From Eledone cirrhosa (Eukaryota), in NCBI GenBank assembly GCA_964016885.1, contig OZ024741.1, positions 219,728,001 to 219,792,000 of the forward strand: DNA of 64,000 nucleotides. Direction: 5' to 3'. The translations under genes were made by a program, and so were the position numbers. The notes below the pieces were generated by a model. That model was not told the DNA's origin. It worked only from the letters and a program-made list of their open reading frames with translations, and ran no database searches. How positions within the stretch are numbered: the stretch's first letter is position 1; each line of letters starts with the position of its first letter. Below, in pieces: positions 50,878 through 63,754 of the stretch.

Positions 50878-53736
50878 CACAGTTTCTCAGCCCATTTAGG
50901 CCAAACGACCCCTTTTGTCCCTTGAAATCACGAAACGCCCCGCTACCCTATTTTTTCATTTTTCAATATACTACTGATTTTGATATCAGTAGATTACTAA
51001 AAAATTGATTAACAATATTCAGGTAGCTGAGAGTATAAATACATTCCTTGAAAGGAAATATATAAATTTAAAAAAAAGGAACATAAATGTTCTTTTTTAT
51101 GAATAAGGACCAGTTGAATTTGTTATATTCCCACCAGGAGATACCAGCTATTTGGAACATACAAGAGCAACTCTGTCTATCCCAACAGTGCTCTTATCTG
51201 GAAGAAAGTGGCAATTATATCATTTCAAATCTTTCCAATTTTCCCTTTAATGAAACGGACAGAATAAATGTTGATATCAAACTTGATGTCCCCCTGCTTT
51301 GTGAGCTTAGAGACCACGGAAGAGAGTTTTCATGCCCACGTGGGAGGGTATATTTATTAGTAAATGGTAAAATATATACAACAAATGAGTAATTGAATTG
51401 TAGTAGATGGTTTCCAGTCCAGTCAGACTGCAAATAAAATGAAAAAAATTGTTAGTTTGCTTTGTAACAATAGCATATCTAAGTTTTGTAACGATAGCAT
51501 ATCTAAGTTTTCGTATAAATCAACTTACTTTAACTTTGACTCATTTCAATTGAACCCTTGAGCTTCATGGAGTCTAGCTAACTCTTTGACGTGAGGCTGA
51601 ATTTTCCTAAGATGTAGCCAGAGATCTCCACGTGTAATTACATTGTAGTGGTTGCGAGCCTTACTGTGCTGTCTGGAAACAACACCAAACCGCCTCTCGA
51701 CTAAGTATGAGCTTGGAAAAGGCAGAACAAATCTCTTAGCCTCTGCATGTAGGTGTGGAAATCAACGCTGAATTTCCTCTTGCATCCCCAAAAGGGATTC
51801 ACCTATTTTGGGAAATCTAATTTTGATCATGTCATCTGCTTGAAGTTCAATGGATTCTTCCTGAAATTTAACGTCCAAATCGTCGACGTTAGCTATGAAA
51901 GCATCTGCTATCCACATTGGGATGTCCATCGGCAAAAGGTCGACAAACCGTTTTCTCATGTTGTGTTGTAACGCACGGAGGTGAGTGGTATAAATTTGGA
52001 GTTGGTCATCGCTTACAATGTTTTGAACATTGACGACACTAGGAACATTATAGAATTCCCGTCAACAAAGATTCTTTTCGATGACATTCAATTTGGCCAG
52101 GAATGTTTTCACAGCATTCCTTGCTTTAAGCAAGGTGATCTTCTTCCCCTGCAAAGCCAAAATGACGCTACTGCATTTGTCGAAGATGTTGGTGAGGTAG
52201 GCGCAGTCTTGCCTCACATCGAGGGTTTCTTGTACAGTCCTGTGTTGCGTCCTCGCAGAAACTCAATGATAGAGTCGAAGAGTTCACAGAAGTGAGTAAA
52301 GCACTTGCCCTTTGAAAGCCACCTCACTTCAGTATGAAGGAGCAACTTGACGAATTCTTCGTCATTATCTTGGCACAGTTGCTGGAAAATTCGTTCATTG
52401 AGGGAATGCCGTTTGATAAAATTGATGACATCAATGGCCGCCTGCAAGGACTTGCTCAGAGGCTTGCTGAATTTCTTCGCAGCCAAGTGTTGTCGATGAA
52501 TGACACAATGAACAGCAAATACAGATAGATTTTCTCTCTTCAGAAGAGATACGAAGCCCTTATGTTGGCCGACCATTGCTCTTGCGTCGTCCGTAGCTCA
52601 TGAAACAATGTGTGTTGTATGTCGTCCTAGATGTATGTATTACCTGCCTGTGTGTTGTATGTAGTCCTAGATGTATGTATTACCTGCTTATGTATTGCAT
52701 GTGGTCCCAGCTGTATGTATTACCTGCTTTTGTGTTGTATGTGGTCCTAGATGTGTGTATTACCTCCTTATGTGTTGTATGTGGTCCTAGATGTATGTAT
52801 TACCTGATTGTGTTGTATGTGGTCCTAAATGTTTGTATTACCTGATTATGTGTTGTATGTGGTCCTAGAAGTTTTTATTACCTGCTTATGTGTTGTATGT
52901 GGTCCTAGATGTATGTATTACCTGCCTGTGTGTTTTATATGGTCCTAGATGTGTGTGTGTGCTACCTCCTTATGTGTTGCATGTGGTCCTAGATGTGTGT
53001 ATTACCTGATTGTGTTGTATGTGGTCCTAGATGTTTGTATTACCTGATTATATGTTGTATGTGGTCCTAGATGTTTGTATTACCTGCTTATGTGTTATAT
53101 GTGGTCCTAGATGTATGTATTACCTGTCTGTGTGTTTTATGTGGTCCTAGATGTGTGTGTGCTACCTCATTATGTGTTGCATGTGCTCCTAGATGCGTGT
53201 ATTACCTGCTTATGTGTTGTATGTGGTCCTAGATGTGTGTGCTACCCGCTTCTGTGTTTTCTTTCTTTTTATTAGTTGTAATATTATTTATACAATAGGG
53301 AATAAAATAGATCTACATAGTGTTAACTCGTTACGGTTGAGTCAATAATTTCAGACATGAAATATATTGTTATCGGTGAAGGAAAGATAGAATTCTAACT
53401 GGCTGCGCTCAAAGTATCCTTGACCCAGATGACTGTGGGTTTTTTAATTTTTAGGATCTCAATTACCAGTAAATGTCCTGACACACCTGCTCACCGCTGC
53501 GGTCAGACTAAAGTTATGCTGTCTGCAATGTCATTCAAATGCATTCACACTGGCTGTCTCAAAGGCTTACAAATATGGTTTTAAAACTTACCAAACTAAA
53601 GAGTCTTCCAGCGCCCCCTAGTCCCCCCCCCCCCCTCACATTCCAAACGCCCCCCTAACGCGACCTTGCTCCCAAACGCCCCCCTGCAGTTCCGAAACGC
53701 CCCCGGGGATGCATATACCCCCGTTGAGAACCTTTG
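50878..53736 (-). mobile_element. Internally deleted hAT transposon with both termini, inserted in a PLE ORF
   Basis: Ends cacagtttctcag and ttgagaacctttg (10/13 match); flanks ttctaagg/tgctatgg (6/8, possible TSD); C-terminal FPSSYLVERRF dimerisation-like motif near 51690-51725. Confidence 0.85.
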
Positions 53737-55634
53737 TGCTATGGAGTAAATTATGGATCGGGGGTGGTTTGAGTTATAACTAATGTAGGCTAGATTCTCG
53801 TTATTTTTATGGAAGGGCTCTATTAATCCTGTGTTTAGGTTGAGTGTTATATTTAAGAAGTTTGCTTTTTAGAGTTAAGTTCGAAAGTGATACCTAGGCT
53901 TAGTTTGTTGAAGAAGACTGATGTTTTTCGTAATTTTTCCATGTTTTGATTATTTAAGTTTTTGGCTAAAAGGAGTGTGTCGTCTCTATAAATTCCTCCC
54001 TGGAGGTTATTCAATTCCTTATGTAAGTTGTGCGCTATATATATTCTCACCAAGTCCGTTACCTGTGCTGAGTCGTTAGATCCCATTGTGATATCGAAGC
54101 TATTCTGTCTGTTTTTTCGTTCCCAGTAACTATTTTCGAATGTAATGATAGTTCTCCTAGCAGCTAGTATTATTTTAATTTGTCCAAGGTAAGGCCCGAA
54201 TTTTTCTGAGCAAAGGTTAGAGCTTTATATAGGGTGACTGGGGATATAGATGAGTAGTAGTCATTAATGTCGAACTGTACGAAGTTGGATGTTTCTCTAC
54301 TGTCTATTTTGCTGAACCAGTCTATTCCTTCGTTAGTGTTACCCCATAGCTTAATTACTAGTTTGTCCTTGATTTGTGCGATTATTCTATCTAGTATATA
54401 TTGTTAATTCTACCTATATCCGACTTCGATGCGCATATTAATCTAATTGCGGGGACCATTTCGAAATTATTTTTGTGATCCTTTAGGTTAAATGTGGGGT
54501 TACAAGGGATTAGAGGCTCGGTTCTATCAGATATTTTCAGTTTTTTTACTATGCTAAGTCCTTCCTTATTAATGCTAGTGAGTGCAGATTCTGTTGTTGT
54601 TTTTTGTATTTTTTGTGCAGTTCACGGCGTATAATCGCCAATAAAATCTGACAGATTAAAAACATAAACCAGGAATATAGGATTAGCTGGTCAAAATTAT
54701 CGGAAGCAACGGCCTACAGCAATGGGATGTTCCACTGCGGACTTTGTAATATGGATCTATTCCATATTTTAAGATACGATAATATGCTGCTTAACAGCAA
54801 AATAGAAAAATCAATTTTATGTAGGCATAAAATAGCTACCAAGTTCACAAATTTCAAACCACCATGATTCGAGTCAGCAATCCCAAAATTAGAACTGAAC
54901 CACCTGGATTTTAACGCATGGAATTCACACCATCACTATTAGCTGTCAAATGGCCAACTGGTCACTGGATCATAAATCTCTTAACATCACTTTCATCCTC
55001 AACCCCATTAAGACAAGACAATCAGCAAAAGATTTACCACACACATTTGTCAAACCTCCCTTCACCATCCACCCTTAGCCCTTAAATCTCATACTAGTAT
55101 CACCCAATTAATTTCTAATGTATTGCTTTTTCTTTTATCTGTCACTACCTCAGACTCTCTACACGTATCTATGCATGTCTCGAATATGACTTTTCATGTT
55201 AGCACTAAACCCACCACAGAATCCTTATACGAACACTAACTCACCACCACCACTATCATATTTTGTACTTACATGCTCTCACTTATCATTATTTCTTTAT
55301 ATTTGTATTATTTTTCCATTTTCTTACTTTTTTACTGTATCTTTTTTCTTATCTTTTACTTTTTACTTTTTACATCTGTAACTTCTCTACCTATTTATCA
55401 TATATATTTTATTATTGATGTTTTGATTATACGCTATTTCTCGATATATATCTTGCTTGAGTGAATTGTTTTTGTACTCTGAGGAGTTGGTCAGGGGTAA
55501 ATAATGTAATGGAGATCGAGTGACGCAACTTGGAGCGATTAGCGACCCCTAGACTCACCTGATCAATGGAGCAATTGTCATTACCTGAAATAAAGCCCCT
55601 TGTTGTACAGCCAACCATGCTACTCTTCATTCTT

Positions 55635-55707
<73 letters not shown>

Positions 55708-56422
55708 TTTAGGAACGATCGACTTTCGTCAAATCGGACCGGGGGAACACTTTTTCCGTTGGTCTTTCCAATTGCTAATACTATCTATCGGTCGCAACTC
55801 CAGGTAGAAGGAACAACGTGAAATAAAGTGTCTTGCTCAAGGACATAACGCATCGCCTGGTCCAGGAATCGAACTCACAACCTTACGATTGCGAATCCAA
55901 TTCTCTAACCACTCATATATATATATTAGAAAGTGAGGTTCTTTCACAAAATGAAAAAAAAAACGAGGTATCCTAGACGAGTGAAGGTATAAGGAAAAAA
56001 GATGAAATCGAAAATGCAACTGGAATCTTTTTTAAATAATATATATATTTATTTGGTTCCTTTACTGGTTTCGCAGTTCTTCTGCTTTTCAAAAGCAGAG
56101 CTGTCAATACCTGAAATAAAGCCCCTTGCTGTACAGCCAACCATGTTGCTCTTCATTCTTTCAGTATTATTACTCCAAGTATAACATACATAGGAATTAC
56201 CGCGAACTCGTTGCCTAACTATGGAAACATCTTGTTGAGTTAAACAAAGCCGTGCGTTAAAACTATCCACGACGCAGAGTACTCACAACCGCTAACTGAA
56301 TTACCTATAACGATAACTTGTTACCCCATATATTTATATATATATATATATATATCAGGAAAAAAGATGAAATCGAAAATGCAACTGGTGTCTTTTAAAA
56401 AAAAAAATATATATTTATTTAG

Positions 56423-56466
56423 TTCCTTTACCGGTTTCGCAGTTCTTCTGCTTTTCAAAAGTAGAA
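56423..56466 (-). ncRNA. Minimal hammerhead with U3-A8 core (copies ~43046-43089, ~56057-56095)
   Basis: ctt-TTGAAAA-gcag aagaa ctgc-GAAA-ccgg-TA|aag. Confidence 0.68.
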
Positions 56467-56790
56467 TTGAGATGGAGGGTTTGTGGTTTTTCTCACATCT
56501 CCTCGAAAAGCAGAAGAACTGCGAAACCGGTAAAGGAACCAAATAAATATATATATATATTAAAAAAAAGACTCCAGTTGCATTTTCGATTTCATCTATT
56601 TTCCTTATATATATAGTGTGTATTGTTTTATTTTAAGATGACCTCCCTTTGCCCTTTTGGGGACAGCGTGTATTTTATCTTTGAGAGGACTGCTGGATTT
56701 TCTAATCTACCAGTCTCTTCTTAGCGCTGAGGGAGACCATCACCATTCAATTAATGTCGATTTAATTCTTATATCGATATTATTTGGGCA

Positions 56791-56914
56791 TCCACTGATG
56801 AGTTTATAAGAGCCCGCTTGTGTATAAAACTATGAATTATATACAAGTTTCTACATAACCTGGAAATTATTTATCCCAAATTGTAGAAATCTTATAACGA
56901 AACGGCCGTCTGGA
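56791..56914 (+). ncRNA. Hammerhead ribozyme with branched stem II, intact core
   Basis: TCCA-CTGATGA-gtttataaga...tcttataac-GAAA-cggccg-TC|TGGA. Confidence 0.82.
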
Positions 56915-57092
56915 AGGAAAGAGATATTTATTTAATAATGTCTTATATAAAGTAATACAACCAGCTATCCACGAAATACTGATTAGTTAGCACCCCAAAC
57001 ACTAAATTGGGATAATACTTAGGTATATCCTAATGTTTGTTGAGTGAGATGGTGTTGGTCGGAGTATCGCTTATGGCTTTCTCTGTTTATGT

Positions 57093-57165
<73 letters not shown>

Positions 57166-57661
57166 TTAAGAGTGTCATGTCCGAGAGACATGCACCATAT
57201 CCACTGCAGAATATGCTCAAAGATTCCAACTTTACAAATTATTCCCTGTGATTGTTTCATATGGTTTGTTTTATATATATATATAAATACAATATGTTGA
57301 AAAGGTAACACACCAGAGAGAGATATACAATGCGTTATCAATAAAACAAGGAAAAAAACCCACCAGTGTATGGAATCTATAACCTATGAAAGGCGGACTA
57401 TAGACACGATAATTAAAAATATAAATTAAAGCGTAAATAAATACCTCTATAACTATATAACACACGTACAAATCCAAAGATATCTTTATTGATAACGCAC
57501 TGTATATCTCTCTCTGGTGTGTTACCTTTTCAACCTATTGTATTTTAAAGAGCTCAGGATTTCTTCTCCTTTGAACACATTATTTACAGGGAATAGCGAG
57601 GGCCTAGTCCAGAATTAGCCGTCGAAACGGCTTGAGCTCAGCCGTCGGGGTCCTACTCGTT

Positions 57662-57710
<49 letters not shown>

Positions 57711-57724
57711 CAATCAATTTCTAG

Positions 57725-59836
57725 TTGAAAAAACTTTACCTTCGGATGCTCACGCAAAAAATCGATCTATTTGCGAAAAGACTTAGATGGAGAACTTTTT
57801 TCTATGACAGATATTGCGACAACCAAGACTTCGGCACCAAGGAGAGATTCGGATTTATTACCTACAAATCTCCGCCTCCGAACCCCTTGCTCTCACCCTT
57901 CGAGAATGACCTCTTCCAACTGGTCAAGAACATTAAATTTAAACCCAGACACAACCGATTCCTACAAAAACTCCGTAGCAACTTAACAGAGTATGATAAC
58001 ACAAATGACATCATGGTGCATTCGGATAAAACTGGGAACCTATATTTTGTCAACCCTGACAGATACCACACACTGATCAGGAGCAGCCTAAACTCCACCT
58101 ATAAAAAGGCCAACCACTCTTGCATCGAGGACATAAATCGCGATGGACAACAAATTACCTCCAGCCTCGGGGTCGCCGACCGCACGGAACCTCTAGACCC
58201 ACGGAGACCATACTTCACACTGAAGGACCATAAATCCGATTTTGACCGTAAACCCTCTATCAGGCTTATTAACCCAACGAAGTCCGACATAGGGAGAATC
58301 AGCAAAAAAATCCTAGACCGCGTGATACCAAAAGTCAAGCAACACGCCCGACTTAGCCTATGGATCAACACCCAGGAAGTAATCTCATGGTTCAGCAATG
58401 TAGAGGATAAACGAGACACTAAATTCATACAGTTCGACATAGAGAGCTACTATGCTTCAATCACCTTACCGCTACTTACTGCCGCCTTGGACTTCGCCGA
58501 AACACTTGTGCCCATCACCGACCAGGAAAGAAAAATCATCCTCCACGCCAGGAAAACAGTCTTACTCTTTGACGACTCTAAATGGATGAAAAGAGCTCCC
58601 GACTCACCCTTCGACGTCAGCATGGGCGCCACGGATTCGGCGGAGGTCACAGATCTTATAGGATTATTCCTAATAGCCAAACTCACTGATACGTTTCCTG
58701 CATTCGGTGGTGGATTGTACCGTGATGATGGGCTCCTTACCCTTAAAGGGTACAACCCCAGTAGTACAGATCGGGTCCGGAAACAATTAATCAGATTTTT
58801 CCGCGACTGGGGATTTAAAATAACCATACAAACGTCCCTGACCCGAGTAAACTTCCTGGACGTGACCCTCGACCTCGAAAACGACCTGTACTACCCATAC
58901 AGGAAACCTAATGACAATCTGCACTACATCCACCGCCGATCAAACCATCCTAGGAACATCACAAACAACCTGGTCAAAAACATCTCCCTCCGCATATCCC
59001 GTTTGTCAGCTAATGAGCGGATATTCGATGAACATGCGCCTTATTACAACCAGGCCCTCAAGCGGAGTGGTCTCCGGGAGGAAATATCCTACTGTCCAGC
59101 TCCCATTAGCGGAACCAGCAGGAGACACCGCCGCTCACGCAATGTAACATGGTTCAATCCTCCCCACAACGCCGAGGTGACAACTCCCATCGGGAAACTA
59201 TTCTTTAGGCTCATTGAAAAACACTTCCCATTACAACACCGCTACCACAACATAATTAACAAAAATACCATCAAACTCTCTTACAGCACTACACCAAACT
59301 TCGCACAAAACATCGTCTCCTCTAACAACAAAAAACTCAACCCCGATGGCAGAAATAACCTAAATAGCAGTGGAGAACCGACCAGGAGGTGTAACTGTCC
59401 GGATAGATCCATTTGCCCACTCGACAATAGATGCAGAGACCGTAATGTGATCTACCAGTGCAACGTGAGGACGGATACCTCCAACAAAGCCTATATAGGA
59501 CTTACCGCATGTGACTTCAAGGCCCGACTATACCAACATAGACATACCTTCCGAAACCCGGCCCGGCGTCACGCCACTACATTTTCGGGCCACATATGGG
59601 ACCTCAAGGACAACAACATCACCTATGATCTCACTTGGAGATTACTGTCCAGAGCCAATTCTTACACGGGAGGACGCCGTCCGTGCAATTTATGCTCGGA
59701 GGAAACTTTACAAATGCTGTTTTCGACGGACCAACTCCTAAACAAGAAAGATGAACTGGTTACTGCATGTAAACATAGATTGCGTAGGACTTACCTCGCC
59801 CTCAAACCCCATAATGACACGGGGGGGGGGGAGTAG
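57725..59836 (+). CDS. Penelope-like element ORF (RT + C-terminal GIY-YIG), 703 uninterrupted codons, probably 5'-truncated
   Basis: FDIESYY, MGATDSAEV, LYRDDGL; CNC..CPL..C, VIYQC..YIGLT, CNLC..E..LN..CKH. Confidence 0.92.
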   Translation: MKKLYLRMLTQKIDLFAKRLRWRTFFYDRYCDNQDFGTKERFGFITYKSPPPNPLLSPFENDLFQLVKNIKFKPRHNRFLQKLRSNLTEYDNTNDIMVHSDKTGNLYFVNPDRYHTLIRSSLNSTYKKANHSCIEDINRDGQQITSSLGVADRTEPLDPRRPYFTLKDHKSDFDRKPSIRLINPTKSDIGRISKKILDRVIPKVKQHARLSLWINTQEVISWFSNVEDKRDTKFIQFDIESYYASITLPLLTAALDFAETLVPITDQERKIILHARKTVLLFDDSKWMKRAPDSPFDVSMGATDSAEVTDLIGLFLIAKLTDTFPAFGGGLYRDDGLLTLKGYNPSSTDRVRKQLIRFFRDWGFKITIQTSLTRVNFLDVTLDLENDLYYPYRKPNDNLHYIHRRSNHPRNITNNLVKNISLRISRLSANERIFDEHAPYYNQALKRSGLREEISYCPAPISGTSRRHRRSRNVTWFNPPHNAEVTTPIGKLFFRLIEKHFPLQHRYHNIINKNTIKLSYSTTPNFAQNIVSSNNKKLNPDGRNNLNSSGEPTRRCNCPDRSICPLDNRCRDRNVIYQCNVRTDTSNKAYIGLTACDFKARLYQHRHTFRNPARRHATTFSGHIWDLKDNNITYDLTWRLLSRANSYTGGRRPCNLCSEETLQMLFSTDQLLNKKDELVTACKHRLRRTYLALKPHNDTGGGE

Positions 59837-60943
59837 ACTAGGGCAATAACACCCCACTTGCCGATTTTGCAATGGGTAACCCCTGCTTGCCAAGGGAGAC
59901 GTAAGATCTTTTTATTCTTTTATCACTTCCTTTATTTCCTTCCCCCTTCTCTCCTTAGTCCTTCTACCCCAGCTCTTCTACTTTGTCGGCGTCTTTTCTC
60001 GCCCACCCGAGGCTGCCCTTTGGCCCCTTGTAGCCTTAGTACCCCCACCCCATCCCCTAGTCTATGATAGATTTGGCGGACTCCGCCTTTTATAGCAGTT
60101 GGTTTAGACCCCGGATACTTGCCCCCTTTTTCCGACCGCTCCCACTATTCTCCGTGCCTTCTATATTTCTTAGTGGCACTTATGCCTTATTTTTTCGTTT
60201 CAGTATTTCTTTCTTCGCTTTTCTTTTGGGCGGGGTGGATTCTGAATTTATTTTTCCGTATTCTACCTTTACTTCGTACGAACTCTCATGTAGCTTGTTT
60301 TAGATTTTTTAGAGTTAGCATTAGTATATATTTTTTTCGGGACTCAGAATTATTATCTCGTACTAGTTTACTTTGCTGCACTGGATGGTTGCTGGCATTG
60401 TGCCCGGGATAGAAACCTTTATTATTTATTTCGTGGTAGTCTCTTTAGTATTTTGGCCCCTTTTGTTGACCCGTCACCGTATCATTTACGTACTTATACC
60501 TCTTAAAAGGGTCCTTGCCTATTTCGTCCCACCTAGTTCTTCTACTTATTTCGTTATTTCTTTATTTCTTTCTTTACTTCTTTCTTTCTTCATTTATTTA
60601 TTTATTCTAGCCCAACAATAGCTAGAGACCTAGATCGTAGAACTTGCTTTACTTTTTTCTTTACACTTATTCGCTTTTCTTCACTCTCAGTATTTTTTCT
60701 TTCATTTATATTTTTACCCCCCATTGTTCTACCTACCGTTCCGACTTCCTCCCCCTCCCCCTCTCCAGTATCTTCTTTGACCTCATGCCCAGCTGTAGCT
60801 GGCACTACCAACGCTTGATTGGGTCTACTCCACCCCTCCCCTCTTTCTCCTACTGGCCGGTTTAGCCACCATCTCCCCTACTAATTTGCAATCACAGAAT
60901 TACTACTTATTTTTGACAATCACTTTGACCATATATGGAATTA

Positions 60944-61035
60944 CCCCTTGAGAAGATCGGCTATTTAAATACCAGGATAAATTTTCATTTAGTCCAGAAT
61001 TAGCCGTCGAAACGGCTTGAGCTCAGCTGTCGGGG
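60944..61035 (+). ncRNA. Hammerhead with U3-A8 core at PLE 3' end
   Basis: CCCC-TTGAGAA-gatcggcta...tagccgtc-GAAA-cggct..agctg-TC|GGGG. Confidence 0.75.
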
Positions 61036-61112
61036 TCTTACTGGTTCCTATATATATATATATATATATATACGATATTAATAAATGGAAACTATATTTA
61101 TAAAACCATATT

Positions 61113-61350
61113 TATATCATTATACATATTTCAAGGATACCATGTTAAATTATGGTATGCCTTCATCAGACAAAATACAATATATACCAGTTTTATAAAT
61201 TAACATTGACGTACCCTTTCAAAATACGACCGTTACTTTTGGAAGACATCAGGATATATATATATATATATATATACATATATAATGTATCATTATATTT
61301 TGTCTGATGAGGACGTACTGTTGTACCTCTGAAATATGTATAATAACATT
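61113..61350. ncRNA. Two hammerheads of the PLE-tail family, back to back (61113-61177 minus; 61296-61350 plus)
   Basis: tattttgt-CTGATGA-aggcataccat..atggtatcctt-GAAA-tatgt-ATA; tattttgt-CTGATGA-ggacgtactgttgtacctct-GAAA-tatgt-ATA. Confidence 0.8.
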
Positions 61351-61492
61351 TTATTGATCAAAAGAACATCTATTTTATTAATATTAGGTATTTTAATATT
61401 AATAACTCTGGAAAATTATTTATTACTGTAGAGTGCTTCCAATCTACTGTAAAACTCATTCTTTGATGTACACATTGAATCTTGTTTAACTC

Positions 61493-61546
<54 letters not shown>

Positions 61547-61639
61547 CGACTATAATGAATTTATTCCAACTAGAGATTGTATATATTCATAAATGTATAT
61601 ACATGTATATACATGTATATACATGTTTATATATCTGAT

Positions 61640-62244
61640 TAGTGAGCGGCCCAGCTATTCTGTATGTAAAGCTACCAGTGAAAGACTTGGTACACCTACA
61701 TATGTATACGTGTGTGTATTCATATACACACTAGTATTTAAGTATGCATATGTAGATGTACATTTTTAACTTAATTGTTTAAGCGTCAGTCATACAAAAG
61801 TGAGTTACAAACGAAACGAAATTTAATTTCGTTTCGTTATTTGTTTTTATCGTCTCCGCTGAACCGGTGCGTACTCACACTCTATGCAAATTAGTCTGCC
61901 CACTACTAATTTTCATAGAAAAAGCATATAACGATTTGTGCTTTTACAATTCTCCAGAAAGGCCGGTAGATAGGTAAATATTGCTGATAAGTTGTAACAA
62001 CAACGAAACTAGTTCAATATTCCTTGTCTGGCTTTCTGGAGAATAGGGGGAAGGTGTTCCCCCGAAAAACCAGTATGACTCTAAAAACCGGTTTGTCTGT
62101 GTGTTTACATACAGAATAGCTGGGCCGCTCACTGTAAAGCGACCAGTGAAAGACTTGGTACACCTACATATGTATACGTGTGTGTATTCATATACACACT
62201 AGTATTTCAGTATGCATATGTAGATGTACATTTTTAACTTAATT

Positions 62245-62250
<6 letters not shown>
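61640..62250 (+). repeat. Diverged family-2 unit (period 467 bp) with HHR motif 61977-62021 and octamer 61884-61891
   Basis: accagtgaaagacttggt at 61675 and 62142; AATATTG-CTGATAA-gttgt aaca acaac-GAAA-ctag-TT|CAATATT. Confidence 0.75.
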
Positions 62251-62282
<32 letters not shown>

Positions 62283-62565
62283 GAGAGTCTATGGGATCCG
62301 TTAATCTATCTTGATATATATATATATATATATATATAACGAAGAAGGTGTGGTAAGATACCAGGTGGAACATAACACACCAGAGTACTCGATACTTAGG
62401 GTAGTAGAGTGGGTAATAGGAAAAGATTCTGGACTCCTACAGATCTAGCTGTCAAAACGGCCGGAGCTCAGCCGTGGAGCTCCTGAAACTTTCCATATAT
62501 ATACCCTTCTTTTCTTGTGTATATTTTCTTTGCTTTTCCTTCGGAATTACCTAACACACTAAAAG

Positions 62566-62596
<31 letters not shown>

Positions 62597-62631
62597 CCCC
62601 CCCCCCCCCCCCCCCACACACACACACGCAC

Positions 62632-62728
<97 letters not shown>

Positions 62729-63754
62729 CACACACATATATTATGATTTGTACTCATGAAAATTATTGCACAACCTTAGTTTTCGTGGTCTGACTGATCT
62801 GCATGATCGCAGTCGCTGCCAATCAGCTTTTCATAAGGTATCTATTTACAAAGGTTACTTCGTATTCAATCTCTCACTTCATACACTCACACACACATAC
62901 ATAAACACAAACATCTATGCACAAACATACACACATACAGAAACGCTGAAACAGACACTCGCATACAGAGACACATAATATGTATAATACATATACAGAC
63001 ATAAATACACACACATATATACATACATGTAAACACACGCACACACAGGCATACACATAAACACACATACACACACATACAGACACGCATAAAATAATAT
63101 TCGCATACAGAGACACAGACACACATATACAGACACCAACACACACACACATATATATACACATACGCACACACACACGCACGCACACACCCAGGCATAC
63201 ACATAAGCACACATACACATACATACACACACGCAGTGGCGGACTGGCCAGGTTGCCAGGTTGCCCAATGGCAAGTGGGCGCTAGTGGGCCCACGGTGGC
63301 ATTACGGGGCCCAGTGTAGTATTTTAGGGGCCAATGCTTAACTTAAAAAAAATAGCTAAAGTTTAAGAGAAAGAAATGTTATGGAACACCCACATGATTT
63401 AGAAGTGGACCTTAAGTAGGAGCAATAACTGTTTCTACTTTAGGCACAAGGCCAGCAATTACCCAGTGCATTACTTAGGAACAATAACGTTAAGAAAGAC
63501 ATGACACCACATCAATTTGTTTTGAACATTTTGAAAGTAAGTTTATAGGTATGAATTTTCATGAACTTTCGTAACTGTCTCTGTGGCTTAGCGGTAGGTA
63601 CTAGAGTCGGTGGAGATCCTGGTCTTGGATTCAATACTGCTCAAGAGGTACATGTAATCTTTTTCAGTTTTTATTTTACATACCATAGAAAAAAAAACTG
63701 AAAAGGTTTACTGGGAACCCTACTCCCGACCAGGATCGAACTTCAGACCTGGAT

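Larger units (their letters stand above)
48672..55620 (-). mobile_element. Penelope-like element (RT 53737-54631, GIY-YIG/Cys region 49826-50877, 3' UTR to ~48672) with inverted pLTR 54632-55620; hosts hAT and SINE insertions
   Basis: The RT reading SNHPRSIIYSIA | LRISCL resumes across the hAT; CGLC..LLNSKIERSILCRH C-terminus like the 57725 ORF. Confidence 0.88.
57604..61049 (+). mobile_element. PLE locus bracketed by a direct repeat of its terminal ~60 bp (57604-57665 / 60989-61049)
   Basis: tagtccagaattagccgtcgaaacggcttgagctcagc.gtcggggtc.tact.gttccta + (TA)n at both ends. Confidence 0.8.
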
